DNA of 64,000 bases. Origin: Propionibacteriaceae bacterium. GTDB lineage: Bacteria > Actinomycetota > Actinomycetes > Propionibacteriales > Propionibacteriaceae. The stretch covers positions 3,683 to 67,682 of the forward strand of contig JAIRZI010000039.1 in NCBI GenBank assembly GCA_031267295.1, read 5' to 3'. The notes beneath the pieces are model-generated. The model was not told where the DNA came from. It saw only the letters and a program-made list of their open reading frames with translations, and made no database searches. This document shows positions 37,155 to 48,159 of this stretch, piece by piece. The first letter of the stretch is position 1. Every line of letters begins with the position of its first letter. A program made the translations under genes and the position numbers.

Positions 37155-40100
37155 TCAGTGCAGTGAAAAATGCCGCGCTTGGGGATGCAGCACAATGAAT
37201 GCGTCAGTGGAAGCCTCCGGGTCAAGTTGAAACGTTTTGCTAAGTTGCACACCTAACACGTCAGCGCCTAACAGATCGAATAGGATTTGCCGTTGGCTTA
37301 AATCTGGGCAAGCCGGATACCCAAATGAGAACCGCTCCCCTTGGTTTGTCGCTACGCCAAGCTGGTGACGGATTTGGTTATGGAGCCAGTCAGCCAAGGT
37401 TTCCGCTAACTGCATTCCAAGCCCATGCAACTCCAGATAATCGCGGTAACGGTCGGTGGTGAACAGTTTCTGCACACCAGTTGCCAAGCGAGTACCCAGC
37501 GTCACTAACTGCAGCGGCGCTACGGCAGGCGATTTGGGGGAAGTGGTGACAAAAAAATCGCTCAGACAGCGATACGGCGAACGGGTTTGTCGCGGAAAGG
37601 TGAACTGCGCAATCTGAACTCCCGTTGTATCGAGGACGTTAAGCGTGTCGTTCATAACGCTCACTGGGAAGTAGCCATACACCGCTTTTGGCTCCACCAG
37701 TTCGCTAATCCGCTCGATAGCGGCCTGTAAACGCGGTTGCTGCTGCGCGATCAGGTTATCGATACCATCCAGTGCTCGCAACCCCCACCTAGCTCGCAGT
37801 AAAACGGAAAGGTCTAACTGCTCTAGTAGGTCGGCTAACTCGACGTTCACGGTTTTGACACCCCAAAATGGCGGAGTCAATGCAGGTAAAGCGGCTAGCG
37901 GTTCACTGCGCTCCTGCTCAACGAAAGTGAGCAGTGCAGGCGAGTTGGCGCTGCTATCGGCTGCGGATGCTTCGCTATTACTGCGGGGTTGCTTGTCGAC
38001 AAACGCACTTTGTGCTGCTGGCGGTGTGTGAGTTCGCTTCTTTTTAGCGGCAGCAATTTCTTCCATAAAAGCCAACCCGGCGAACGCATCTTTGGCATAG
38101 CGCACCACTCCGGGGTAATCCGGTGCCACCTGCTCGGTAACGTAAGCCTTAGTGAGGGCGGCACCTCCCAGCACCACTGGGAAACGCTCCGCTAAGCCTT
38201 GCCTGGTAAGTTCGGCTAAATAGTCTTTCATAACTACGGTGGATTTCACCAACAACCCAGAAAGCCCAATAGCATCGGCGTTTTCAGCAAGCGCCGCTGT
38301 AATGATGGCGGAGATCGGTTGCTTGATACCTAAATTGAGCACTCGGTAGCCGTTATTACTGAGAATGATGTCCACCAAATTTTTCCCGATGTCGTGTACG
38401 TCTCCGCGTACGGTCGCCAACACAATGATGCCTTTAGCGTTATCGGTTAACTGGGTGGCGATGAGTGGCTCCAGATAAGTTACCGCTTGTTTCATCGTCT
38501 CAGCGCTGGCAAGCACGAACGGTAGTTGCATTCGGCCATCTGCGAACATTTCTCCAACCTGACGCATCCCCTCCAATAGGTGCGTATTGATGAGTTCGAG
38601 TGGCTCATAACCGGCTGCGATAGCAGCGTCTAAATCCACTTTCAAAGCATCATTGTCGCCGAAGATAATCCGGCGCGTCAGCTTTTCGACGATACTCAAT
38701 CCCGGATAGCGTTCCTTTTGTTCGCAAGCGGTATTGGTAGTTTCCGCAAACTCCGCTAGGAACGCCCCCAGCGGATCATAGCCAGCCTGTCGGCAGTTCC
38801 AAATGAGGTTATGCGCATGGCGTTGTTGGCTGGCAGGGATGGTGTGTAGCGCTACGATACGTGCCGCATCCACGATAGCGGCACGCAACCCGGCAAGACG
38901 TGCTTCGTGCAGAAACACCGAGTTGAGCACCCGACGCGCGGCGGGTTTGATACCGAATGAGACGTTCGACACTCCTAATACCGTGCCCACCTCGGGGTGA
39001 AGTCGCTTGAGTTCAGCGATGGCTTGAATAGTAGCCGCCGCATCACTGCGGTTCTCCGCACTGCCAGTAGTGATGGGGTAGGTCAGAAAATCTATCAAAA
39101 CGTGCTGCGCGGCGATCCCATACTTTGCCAATTCGGCAAGTAAGCGTTCAGCTACCGCAATTTTGCGTTCAGTGGTGCGCGCCATCCCCTGTTCATCAAT
39201 GGTGAGCGCAACCACCACAGCACCGTGTTCGGCTGCCAGTTCGGCGATAGTGGCAAACTTTACGGGGTCTTCTAAGTGAACTGAGTTGACGATTGCTCTG
39301 CCGGGGGTATGTTCTAACCCTGCTTGTATCACCGCCGGTACTGCGGAATCCAGCATCACCGGCCGGTCGATCACAGTGGCGAATCTGGTCGCCAACTCCC
39401 GCATATCCTGTACCCCGTCCCGGCCGACATAATCCACACAGAGATCAAGCACATGGGTGTTAGTTTGCCGTTTCGCTACCGCAACAGCCTGGTCGTAATC
39501 GTCACAAAGCATCGCAGCACGAAACGCCTGCGACCCGGAGATGTTGGCGCGTTCTCCGATCGCTAGATAGTTGGTGTCCTGCCAAAGTGACACCGGCTCA
39601 TACGAACTACTGATGGAATGTAACGGCTCTGGTGTTCGCTCACGTGGCGAAGCATCAGCAAGAGCGTTGGCGAGCGCCCGAATGTGTTCCGGGGTGGTGC
39701 CGCAACAGCCATCTAGCACTGCTAAACCGTAACGATTCGCAAAATCGGCAAGCGTACTAGCAAACGCCTGTGGCGTGAGCGAATACACCGGTCCGTCAGA
39801 AGTGAGACGCGGCAATCCGGCGTTGGGAGCACAACGTAACCGAACGGTGGCGTGCCGCGATAATGTTTGCAAATATGCAGCCATCATGTCAGGGCCAGTG
39901 GCGCAGTTCAGCCCCACCACTTCTACTCCCAATGCTTCCAACACCGTAAGTGCAGCACTCACATCACCGCCCAGCAGCATAGTGCCGGTAGGTTCAATAG
40001 TTATGCTTGCCCAGATTGGCAGATCAATCCCTAACTCGGCTCGCACTCGTTTTGCGGCGATCACCGCAGCTTTAGCTTGCAGCAAATCTTGACAAGTTTC

Positions 40101-40613
40101 CAGCAACACCGCATCGATTCCCTGTTCGGCCATCGCCCGAATCTGAACGCTGTAGGCATCACGCAACTCAGCGAATGTCACTTGAGACAGTGTCGGCAGT
40201 TTGGTTCCGGGGCCGACATCTCCGATGACGAATCTAGGTCGCGTTGGGTTCGCGGCGGTTGCCTCAGTCGCCGCTGCCCGCGCTATTTGAGTAGCGGCGG
40301 CGGCTAATTCAGCACTGCGTTCGTTCAATCCATGATCGTGCAGTGCGGTGAGGTTGCAGCCGAAAGTGTTAGTGAGTATGAAGTCTGCTCCGGCATCAAG
40401 GTATGTTCGGTGTACTTTGCCGATCACCTCAGGACAGGTGACATTCAGTATCTCGTTGCATCCGTCATAACCTGCAAAGCTGGCGGCGGGCAGATTGAGC
40501 CGATCTAACTCGGTACCCATTGCGCCATCACCGATCAGCACCCGGTGGGTCAATAAATCACGAAGTTGCGAGGTCACGCAAGAGAGCATACCGGTATGAG
40601 GGGAAAGAAACAC
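37155..40613 (-). CDS. metH: cobalamin-dependent methionine synthase
   Basis: 1152 aa with Hcy-binding, pterin-binding, B12-binding (GDVHDIGKNLV) and AdoMet activation domains in order. Start is either GTG 40613 or ATG 40589. Confidence 0.93.
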   Translation of the reverse strand: MFLSPHTGMLSCVTSQLRDLLTHRVLIGDGAMGTELDRLNLPAASFAGYDGCNEILNVTCPEVIGKVHRTYLDAGADFILTNTFGCNLTALHDHGLNERSAELAAAATQIARAAATEATAANPTRPRFVIGDVGPGTKLPTLSQVTFAELRDAYSVQIRAMAEQGIDAVLLETCQDLLQAKAAVIAAKRVRAELGIDLPIWASITIEPTGTMLLGGDVSAALTVLEALGVEVVGLNCATGPDMMAAYLQTLSRHATVRLRCAPNAGLPRLTSDGPVYSLTPQAFASTLADFANRYGLAVLDGCCGTTPEHIRALANALADASPRERTPEPLHSISSSYEPVSLWQDTNYLAIGERANISGSQAFRAAMLCDDYDQAVAVAKRQTNTHVLDLCVDYVGRDGVQDMRELATRFATVIDRPVMLDSAVPAVIQAGLEHTPGRAIVNSVHLEDPVKFATIAELAAEHGAVVVALTIDEQGMARTTERKIAVAERLLAELAKYGIAAQHVLIDFLTYPITTGSAENRSDAAATIQAIAELKRLHPEVGTVLGVSNVSFGIKPAARRVLNSVFLHEARLAGLRAAIVDAARIVALHTIPASQQRHAHNLIWNCRQAGYDPLGAFLAEFAETTNTACEQKERYPGLSIVEKLTRRIIFGDNDALKVDLDAAIAAGYEPLELINTHLLEGMRQVGEMFADGRMQLPFVLASAETMKQAVTYLEPLIATQLTDNAKGIIVLATVRGDVHDIGKNLVDIILSNNGYRVLNLGIKQPISAIITAALAENADAIGLSGLLVKSTVVMKDYLAELTRQGLAERFPVVLGGAALTKAYVTEQVAPDYPGVVRYAKDAFAGLAFMEEIAAAKKKRTHTPPAAQSAFVDKQPRSNSEASAADSSANSPALLTFVEQERSEPLAALPALTPPFWGVKTVNVELADLLEQLDLSVLLRARWGLRALDGIDNLIAQQQPRLQAAIERISELVEPKAVYGYFPVSVMNDTLNVLDTTGVQIAQFTFPRQTRSPYRCLSDFFVTTSPKSPAVAPLQLVTLGTRLATGVQKLFTTDRYRDYLELHGLGMQLAETLADWLHNQIRHQLGVATNQGERFSFGYPACPDLSQRQILFDLLGADVLGVQLSKTFQLDPEASTDAFIVLHPQARHFSLH

Positions 40614-40792
40614 TGCTCGTCCGTTCTGCTAGCAGCCGTCAAATCGCCTTTTCTTTATGCGAGCGGGCACTAGATCACTCGTCATCGGCTAAGTTTGCTG
40701 GTAGTGCCGGGATTGTTAAGCGAGCAGACCATTCCTGCACCGTAGACAAAACGTGTCGCGAGGCATCGAGTGGTTCTAAAGGGATATAGACA

Positions 40793-40810
40793 TTTCTAGT
40801 AAACTAGAAA
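40793..40810. repeat. perfect inverted repeat TTTCTAGT-AA-ACTAGAAA (candidate operator)
   Basis: 8-bp arms with a 2-bp spacer, ending 2 nt before the GTG 40813 of the PAC2 gene, in the divergent metH/PAC2 intergenic region. Confidence 0.5.
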
Positions 40811-40812
40811 TT

Positions 40813-41640
40813 GTGACCCGTGCTCTGAAACGTTTAGCAAGACCAGTGGTTATCATCGCCTGTGACGGGTGGAATGATGCTGGTGAAGCGGCTACCGGTG
40901 CGCTCTACTTCCTAGCGGAGCGCTATGGTGCCAAAATTGTTTACGAAATTGATAATGAACTGTTCTGGAACTACACCGATACTCGTCCGCAAGTGGTGGG
41001 ACAAGGCAGTGAACGCATCGTCAGGTGGCCGACGCTACGCTTCTCCACTGCGAAGACTTCCAATCAGGAACTGCTATTAATTGATGGGCCGGAGCCAAAT
41101 CTGATGTGGCACACTTTCGCCCGAATGGTGGTGGAAAAGATCGCGGAAGCGAAACCGACGCTCATTGTGGTGCTCGGTTCGATGTTGGCTGATGTGCCGC
41201 ATACCCGAGGATTACCAATCAACGGGTCTTCTACCGCACCAGAGATTGATGTGATGCTTGCGAGAAACGACTACGAAGGGCCAACGGGAATTGTGGGGGT
41301 ACTTGCACAGGAGTGTCACTCCATCCCCGAATGTGAAGTGGTGACTTTATGGGTGTCTGTGCCGCACTACGCCGCCAGCAACGAAAACCCCTTAGCGGTA
41401 CATGCGCTACTCACCCGAGTACGAGCTTTATTGGGAAATCCCGACGGCCTAGAACTCGACGAACTGGCAGCCGATGCCCGCGAATGGGTAACCCGAGTAT
41501 CGCAACTTGTGGACGAAGACCCAGACATCAGCGAATATGTCGCAGAGCTGGAACGTGGTTGGGACTCCGACGATGTATCCACCGCAACCGGCGAAACTAT
41601 CGCACAAGAGTTTGAAAAGTTTCTCCGCGACACTGATTAA
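40813..41640 (+). CDS. PAC2 family protein (second paralog)
   Basis: VVIIACDGWNDAGEAA and LLLIDGPEPNLMWHTF match the PAC2 pattern of the 5265..6188 gene. GTG start without a visible SD. Confidence 0.72.
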   Translation: MTRALKRLARPVVIIACDGWNDAGEAATGALYFLAERYGAKIVYEIDNELFWNYTDTRPQVVGQGSERIVRWPTLRFSTAKTSNQELLLIDGPEPNLMWHTFARMVVEKIAEAKPTLIVVLGSMLADVPHTRGLPINGSSTAPEIDVMLARNDYEGPTGIVGVLAQECHSIPECEVVTLWVSVPHYAASNENPLAVHALLTRVRALLGNPDGLELDELAADAREWVTRVSQLVDEDPDISEYVAELERGWDSDDVSTATGETIAQEFEKFLRDTD

Positions 41641-41701
41641 CATGCGTTAAACCGCAGATGAGTCACCGCCCAAGCGCACCGTAAAACAAATACCCCCAGT
41701 G

Positions 41702-42364
41702 CTAACAACCGCAAGCTATGCTTGCAAGTTTGCGCAGTTCTGCTACTGCGGCATCGGGATCGGTAGCGGCATAGACGGCTGAACCGGCGACGAATACATC
41801 TGCACCCGCTGCAGCGCACCGTCCGATTGTTTCTACAGAAACTCCCCCATCAACCTGAATCGCTATCTGAGCGCCGCTGTTGCGGATTATTTCCCGAGTG
41901 CGGCGAATTTTGGGCAACACCACGTCTAAAAACTTTTGCGCGCCAAACCCCGGTTCGACGCTCATAATGAGAATCTGATCTAATTCGACGATCATGTCGG
42001 CGTACGGTTCAATCGGGGTAGCCGGTTTTAATCCCATAGCTGCGCGCACTTTCAGTTTTCGTAACTCGCGGGCTAATCGAATCGGGGCTTTCGACGCTTC
42101 GACGTGGAAAGTGATAGTTTCCGCCCCTGATTCGGCGGCGTACACCGGTGCCCACCGATCAGCATCTTCAATCATCAGGTGTAGGTCGTAGGGTTGTGTG
42201 CTTACTTTACGCAGACTTTGCACCACCGGAAGCCCAAACGTGAGGTTTGGCACAAAGTGGTTATCCATAATGTCAAGATGTATGCCGTCCGCGCTGGGAA
42301 CCCGTCTAATTTCGGCACCCAGTTCGGCAAAATCTACATTTAAGATACTTGGCGTAATCTTCAC
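41702..42364 (-). CDS. rpe: ribulose-phosphate 3-epimerase
   Basis: [39 protein letters not shown] and VDGG motifs. Start set at GTG 42364 (AGGATAAGG upstream), giving about 220 aa. Confidence 0.88.
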   Translation of the reverse strand: MKITPSILNVDFAELGAEIRRVPSADGIHLDIMDNHFVPNLTFGLPVVQSLRKVSTQPYDLHLMIEDADRWAPVYAAESGAETITFHVEASKAPIRLARELRKLKVRAAMGLKPATPIEPYADMIVELDQILIMSVEPGFGAQKFLDVVLPKIRRTREIIRNSGAQIAIQVDGGVSVETIGRCAAAGADVFVAGSAVYAATDPDAAVAELRKLASIACGC

Positions 42365-42393
42365 AGTTATTACCTTATCCTGCGTCGGCAACT

Positions 42394-43812
42394 CTACGGA
42401 GTAGCTACTTTCAAAAGTGCGCAAAACATCGCATCCGTACCATGACGATGTGGCCAAAGTTGGATGAATCTTAAGTCGCTTAAGGCAGCGCTATTGGGTA
42501 CCTCTGGCAACAAAGCAGGGGCGTCCAGTATCTGTAACCCATAACGCGACACGCCGTCTTGCACAATCTCGACGGTTTCCGACGGATGTGGCGAGCAGGT
42601 GATCCATGCGATGATTCCGCCTGGCGCACTAGCTCGGACAGCCGCTGCCAGCAGGGCACGCTGTAGGGCATTAAGCTCGTTAAACTGCTCGGGTGAACGC
42701 TGCCATCTGGCATCCGGGCGCCGCCGCAAAGCCCCTAGTCCAGAACAAGGAGCATCTAGCAAAGCGAGTGCGAAAGCTGCATCCCGCCACGGTGTAGTGC
42801 GCGCATCCGCTGCTATAACTAAATGGTTGGAGTAGCAGTGCAACGTCTGTGCTACCAATTTGGCACGGTGATACTGCAGTTCATTTGCCAACAAAACTTG
42901 ATTTCGCTCTTGTGCCAACCCGGCGAGCAACGCCGCTTTCCCGCCCGGTCCGGCACACATGTCTAACCAAGCTCCGGTAGCCGCATACAAATCCGCTGCC
43001 CGCACGGCTGCCAAAGTTACCAACTGCGAACCCTCATCCTGCACCCCAGCGTGAGAACTGCGCACCGCCGCCACCTCAGCCGGATTTCCGCAACGGTGAA
43101 CACCATACGGTGAATACTGAGTCGGCACACCACCAACTTCCCGAATCAATTCATCGCGGGTGATAAGCCCAGGACGGGCAACAAGGGTAACCGATGGAGC
43201 AACATTGTTGGCTTCCAAGGCGATTTCCAACTCATCATCCGGTAGTGACTCGGCGAAAGCGGCAACTATCCAAGAAGGGTGAGCGAACCGGAGCGCTTTG
43301 GCAGCCATCGGTTCAAGTCCGCTGCTAAGAGTTTCCAACCACTGTGAACTGGTTTTTTCAGTGACGCGGCGCAGCACTGCGTTGGTGATGCCCACAACCC
43401 GCTCACCGATGACACTACCTGCTAACGCCACGGTTTCGCTGACAGTGGCATGTTGTGGCACCTCAAGCCACCACTGCGCCACCCCAAGCCGCAACACATC
43501 TAGCAGGCTGGGTTGTATTGCAGCAAGATTACGTTGTGCTGCCACCTCGATCACCGCATCAAAAGTGCCTTTCCAACGAGTCGCAGTGCTCACAAGGTTG
43601 GTGACGAAAGCGCTGTCGCGTGGCGAAAGGTTCGCGTGATGCAGTGCATCTGAGAGCACAAGATTGGCGAATCCATCCTTGCCGTTAATGCGCCGCAGTG
43701 CCCAAAAAGCAACCACTCGCGTGTTGTCGCTTGCTAAACGTTGCTTTTTTGATACACCCTTACGCAAGACGTTCTCCCGGTTGGACTCGCGCACCCCGCG
43801 CCCATTCGGCAC
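42394..43812 (-). CDS. rsmB: 16S rRNA (cytosine-C5)-methyltransferase RsmB/Sun
   Basis: N-terminal NusB-like domain plus SAM MTase ([28 protein letters not shown]). The real start may be TTG 43767 (GGGAGAA RBS), which reduces the overlap with fmt. Confidence 0.85.
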   Translation of the reverse strand: MPNGRGVRESNRENVLRKGVSKKQRLASDNTRVVAFWALRRINGKDGFANLVLSDALHHANLSPRDSAFVTNLVSTATRWKGTFDAVIEVAAQRNLAAIQPSLLDVLRLGVAQWWLEVPQHATVSETVALAGSVIGERVVGITNAVLRRVTEKTSSQWLETLSSGLEPMAAKALRFAHPSWIVAAFAESLPDDELEIALEANNVAPSVTLVARPGLITRDELIREVGGVPTQYSPYGVHRCGNPAEVAAVRSSHAGVQDEGSQLVTLAAVRAADLYAATGAWLDMCAGPGGKAALLAGLAQERNQVLLANELQYHRAKLVAQTLHCYSNHLVIAADARTTPWRDAAFALALLDAPCSGLGALRRRPDARWQRSPEQFNELNALQRALLAAAVRASAPGGIIAWITCSPHPSETVEIVQDGVSRYGLQILDAPALLPEVPNSAALSDLRFIQLWPHRHGTDAMFCALLKVATP

Positions 43813-44734
43813 CAGGCAATGGACGTTTGCCGTTAGCTTGTAACTCGGAAAGCGCTAAAAAGCGCGCATCACCGCAACATACCAGTAACGTCCGTTTGCT
43901 AGGGAACAACACACCGGGTGCCATTAGTCGCTTTAAGTCGGCAACAGGCATAACCAGTGCGAGCGCCGCCTGGTAACAGTCAATGGATTGTTGTTCAGTT
44001 CGCAACACCTTCAATCTGCTGTTGCGGAATTCACACCAAGCTCCCGGGTTGGGATTCGCACCTCGTATCAAGCCGCGAATTCGTTCAGCAGGCTCCCTTA
44101 AGTTGAGTCGTACCTCCTCCACTTTGAGCTTTGGTGCGAACGTCACCCCAACATCTGACTGTGGAACCGGTTGTAGCCCGTTCGTGATGTCCGTCAAGGT
44201 GGACACCAATTCTTGTGCCGCAACGTGAGATAACCGCGTTAACAGTTCTCCAGCCACTTCATCTACCGCAATATCAATTATTTTTTGACGATAAACTGGC
44301 CCGGCATCCATACCGGACACTAGGCGAAATGTGGTTACCCCACTGCTAGTCTCCCCCGCAATCAAAGCTCGTTGCACCGGCGCAGCCCCCCGATAAGCCG
44401 GTAATAGCGAGAAGTGGGCGTTTATCCAACCGTGACGTGGCACTACCAGCAGTTGATCAGGAACGAACGCACCCCAAGCCACCACCACCGCCACCTCAAC
44501 TGCGAGATCCTGCACTGCGGTAACGAACGCTGGTGATGCCGCATGAGGTGGCTGTAGCACGGGAATGCCTGCTTCTCTGGCAGCTACTGTCACCGCCGAT
44601 GTTTCTATTGATCGCCCGCGCCCTGCCGGAGCATCCGGTTTGCTGACTACCGCTACCACGTCATGCCCAGCGGACAACAGGGCATGCAAACTTGGCACGG
44701 CTATATCTGGTGCGCCAGCGAACAGTACTCTCAC
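43760..44734 (-). CDS. fmt: methionyl-tRNA formyltransferase
   Basis: MRVLFAGAPDIAVPSL N-terminus and the HFSLLPAYRGAAPVQRA motif. Confidence 0.92.
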   Translation of the reverse strand: MRVLFAGAPDIAVPSLHALLSAGHDVVAVVSKPDAPAGRGRSIETSAVTVAAREAGIPVLQPPHAASPAFVTAVQDLAVEVAVVVAWGAFVPDQLLVVPRHGWINAHFSLLPAYRGAAPVQRALIAGETSSGVTTFRLVSGMDAGPVYRQKIIDIAVDEVAGELLTRLSHVAAQELVSTLTDITNGLQPVPQSDVGVTFAPKLKVEEVRLNLREPAERIRGLIRGANPNPGAWCEFRNSRLKVLRTEQQSIDCYQAALALVMPVADLKRLMAPGVLFPSKRTLLVCCGDARFLALSELQANGKRPLPGAEWARGARVQPGERLA

Positions 44735-44846
44735 AACTCCAGCCTACAAGTAGAAACACCCGCAATCGTTACCGCCGAGCGCCCAAGGTTGCCGTGTCCT
44801 CATCCGGATTCATCTGGACAAATTGACAACGGAGTTACCCGGCGCG

Positions 44847-46784
44847 TTAAGCGAAATGCACCGGATTGATAGCTATCCGATAAGCCCCGGGCGCATTTGC
44901 GGCCGACCCAGCTACCGCCGCTTGCCGTAACTGCGCAACCAACTCTGCCAACTTTCCAGGGTTGGCTCGCACAATCGCGCGGGCAGTTTGCGCCGTATAT
45001 ACCGGACCTAGCACTTCGGAGCCGTTAGGCGCTACCAGTCGAGCCATAAACTGTGTTAGCGCCTCCGATTGCCCCGTTAGTTCTGCGGTCGGCCAAACCG
45101 GGGGAAGATGCGCTTCTCGGCGTTCTAACAACTCCCGAGCGGCAAACCCCACCGGATCGCAACGGATCAACGCCTGAATCGTCGGGTGCCCAGCATTCCC
45201 GGCGATCATCACCTGCCCGGTAGGTCGCACCAATGCACACAAGTTCAACCAGCACCGTAACACTTCCTCAGCAGTGCGCAGTGCAGGACGGGCGAGCATC
45301 CGGTCGGCATCCAGCACCACTGCGGCGGCGTAACCTTTAGCGGCAAACGGCTCTGCGCCAGGTGTTGCCACCACTAGCACCGGCTGCGAACCTACTTCGG
45401 TGATCACATGCGTTCCCGAACTATCAACCAGTTGATGGTTTGGGAAAGCTTTCCCCAACTCCTCTGCGGTGCGCGTTGCCCCGATGGCGGTAGCGCGCAA
45501 AGTAGTACATCCGCATTCTCGACACTGCCAGTGCTGCTGCTCCCGTCCACACCAACCACAACTAAGCTGCTGATCATTTCCCAGCCGTAGTAGCTGACAA
45601 GGGCCTTGACAAAACGCACAATGTACTGGAGTACGACAGCGTGTACACCGTAAGGCCGGTACATAACCGGCGCGCGCCACTTGCACCAAAACTGGGCCTT
45701 GAGAAAGACCTGCTCTAAGCGTTTCAAACACCAAGCGGGGCAGCCGGGCGGTGGCGTGCGCATCTTGACGTACCTCAACCGCCGAATCAGCCTGAGCGCG
45801 CACTTGCGCCCCACAGCTACGTCGTAACTGCGCCGGATGCTCAATTGGGCTAACCCAACCTTGCTCCACCCAAGCTTGCACTTCAACGCTGCGAGTCGCC
45901 GACACCAACAACAGCGCCGCACCGCTCTGGATAACTCGCAACGCCGCTACGTCACGCGAATGTGGATATGGTGCATGCGGTTCGGCGTGCCGGTCGTCAC
46001 CGTCATCAACGACGACAATCAACCCTAAATTAGTTACCGGAGCATATCCGGCTTGCCTGCTGCCAATTACCACCTTGGCATGTCCGCGCGCTAATGCGAG
46101 ATAATTACGGTAACGTTCGGCTGCCCCCAGCTCGCTGTGCAACATCGCCACTGCTCCGGCACCCAGCGCCGCAGATACTGCATCAAAACAACGTCGTAAC
46201 GTTTTAATATCCGGCACCACAACTAAGACACCTCGCCCACTAAGCACCGTTTGTTGACAAGCCTGGACAATCCCGCGCGTCCAATCGTTACCCTCCCGAT
46301 ACCCCGGATCTACCAACCAACAAGCGCGCGGCGAACGTCCGCTCGCTATCGCCGCCAACCAGCTTGCCCCCGTGGGGTAGTCGGTAAGACCGCCGGATAG
46401 CGTGGTCGCTGTAAAAGGTTGCGGCCAGTTGTTGCCAGTAATTCGCTCGGTGGTGGCGTGGCGCGGTGGCACCGCCAACCGGACAACATCAGCGAAAGTG
46501 CCAGCATAGTGATCGGCCACGGCGCGCAACAAAGTAATCTGCTCGGGTAACAGCACGGGAACTGGCGAAACTATTTTCGTCAGCTTGCTCAGTTTGCCCT
46601 GATAGGTGGAGTTTTCTCCCAGCGCGACGATAAACCCAGTTCGTAATCGAGCGGCAAAGTTAACTTTGACGCGCACTCCCAACGCTGCCGTAGACAGCAA
46701 CGTTTCGGGGATTTCATAGTCAAAAAACCGGTCTAGGTGCGCTAACGGCACATCTAGGGCCACCTGGGCAACAACTCGGCTCAT
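44847..46784 (-). CDS. priA: primosomal protein N' (PriA), helicase motifs degenerate
   Basis: N-terminal 3'-DNA-binding-type start (VAQVALDVPLAHLDRFFDYEIP). Cys-rich Zn region is present (CTRCRTPVHCAFCQGP...CGWCG...CRECGC). There is no GxGKT Walker A, and DDGDD stands in place of DEEH. Confidence 0.85.
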   Translation of the reverse strand: MSRVVAQVALDVPLAHLDRFFDYEIPETLLSTAALGVRVKVNFAARLRTGFIVALGENSTYQGKLSKLTKIVSPVPVLLPEQITLLRAVADHYAGTFADVVRLAVPPRHATTERITGNNWPQPFTATTLSGGLTDYPTGASWLAAIASGRSPRACWLVDPGYREGNDWTRGIVQACQQTVLSGRGVLVVVPDIKTLRRCFDAVSAALGAGAVAMLHSELGAAERYRNYLALARGHAKVVIGSRQAGYAPVTNLGLIVVVDDGDDRHAEPHAPYPHSRDVAALRVIQSGAALLLVSATRSVEVQAWVEQGWVSPIEHPAQLRRSCGAQVRAQADSAVEVRQDAHATARLPRLVFETLRAGLSQGPVLVQVARAGYVPALRCTRCRTPVHCAFCQGPCQLLRLGNDQQLSCGWCGREQQHWQCRECGCTTLRATAIGATRTAEELGKAFPNHQLVDSSGTHVITEVGSQPVLVVATPGAEPFAAKGYAAAVVLDADRMLARPALRTAEEVLRCWLNLCALVRPTGQVMIAGNAGHPTIQALIRCDPVGFAARELLERREAHLPPVWPTAELTGQSEALTQFMARLVAPNGSEVLGPVYTAQTARAIVRANPGKLAELVAQLRQAAVAGSAANAPGAYRIAINPVHFA

Positions 46785-46820
46785 AACGGTAAGCCTAAAC
46801 GTTTACACTGACGCTTTAAC

Positions 46821-47999
46821 TCAAATGACGGCTAATAATTCGGCGACACGATCAGTATTTTCCCAAGTAAACTCGGGCAGTTCGCGGCCAAAATGTCCGT
46901 AATTGGTGGTCAATGAGTAGATGGGGCGAAGTAGGCGTAGTTGTTCGATTATGGCGGCAGGTCTTAGATCAAAAACTTCGGTGAGTGCGTGTTGAATAGC
47001 TGCGTCACTTACGCTGCCAGTACCAAAAGTTTCCACATGTACTCCAACGGGGCGTGCCTTTCCGATGACATAGGCCACCTGTAACTCACAACGTCGCGCC
47101 AAACCTGCCGCCACTATGTTCTTGGCGGCGTAGCGCAGTGCATAAGCCGCGCAACGATCAACCTTTGACGGATCTTTCCCCGAGAAAGCGCCGCCGCCAT
47201 GCCGAGCCATACCACCATAAGTATCCACGATGATTTTTCGTCCGGTAAGACCGGAATCACCGGCTGGACCACCGATTACAAATCGTCCAGTGGGGTTCAC
47301 ATACAACTCGAAATTAGCCCACTCCAAACCAGATTTTTCCAGTACCGGGTTGACAACCTGTTCTCGAATATCATCGGCGAGTTGTTCTTGGCTGACTTCG
47401 GGGTCATGTTGCGCCGAAACCACCACCGCAGTGACACTCACCGGACGATCATCGTGGTAACCGACACTCACCTGCGCTTTACCGTCTGGGCGCAAGTGTG
47501 GCGCCGCACCAGCATGGCGTAGCGCCGCAAGCTGTTGCGTCAAGCGATGCGCCAAATGAATGGGAGTTGGCATCAAAGTAGCGGTTTCGTCGCAGGCGTA
47601 CCCGAACACCATGCCTTGATCTCCAGCGCCTTGTGAGTCGCGTTCATCAACCGAAACACCGTGGCGCAGTTCCCAAGAGTGCGCTACCCCACTCGCTATA
47701 TCTGGCGATTGGTTATTGAGTGCCACCATGACACCACAAGAGTTGCCGTCAAAACCTCGCGCTGGGGAATCGTAGCCGATGTTCGTCAAAGTTCGGCGCG
47801 CTAACTCGCTAACATCAACATACGCTTCCGTGGTCGCCTCACCGGAAACCACAATCACCCCATTAGCAGCCAAAGTTTCCACCGCAACCCGCGAGTGGAG
47901 GTCTTGAGCTAACATGGCATCAAGCAGCGCATCGGAGATGGCATCCGCAACCTTGTCAGGATGGCCTTCGGTAACTGATTCGGAGGTGAAAACTCTCAT
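46821..47999 (-). CDS. metK: S-adenosylmethionine synthase
   Basis: [41 protein letters not shown]. Confidence 0.95.
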   Translation of the reverse strand: MRVFTSESVTEGHPDKVADAISDALLDAMLAQDLHSRVAVETLAANGVIVVSGEATTEAYVDVSELARRTLTNIGYDSPARGFDGNSCGVMVALNNQSPDIASGVAHSWELRHGVSVDERDSQGAGDQGMVFGYACDETATLMPTPIHLAHRLTQQLAALRHAGAAPHLRPDGKAQVSVGYHDDRPVSVTAVVVSAQHDPEVSQEQLADDIREQVVNPVLEKSGLEWANFELYVNPTGRFVIGGPAGDSGLTGRKIIVDTYGGMARHGGGAFSGKDPSKVDRCAAYALRYAAKNIVAAGLARRCELQVAYVIGKARPVGVHVETFGTGSVSDAAIQHALTEVFDLRPAAIIEQLRLLRPIYSLTTNYGHFGRELPEFTWENTDRVAELLAVI

Positions 48000-48159
48000 A
48001 TAACTTCCACACTAGTAGTGCCTAGCCGATAAGTATTTTTCATACTTAACCGGCTATCGCTTAACCAAACGTCTCGCATATCCGGCGAATATTCACTTTG
48101 TACATAAGACACGTCATACGATCTCAATCGCGTTCTGCTATCGCACCGACAGCATAGTG

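Noticed and set aside
40614-40812. SAM, SAH or B12 riboswitch in the metH leader
   Set aside because: The minus-strand leader has none of the conserved cores (SAM-I GAGGGA/GCAACC, SAM-IV, SAH AGGAGCGCUGC, B12 box). It shows only short palindromes.
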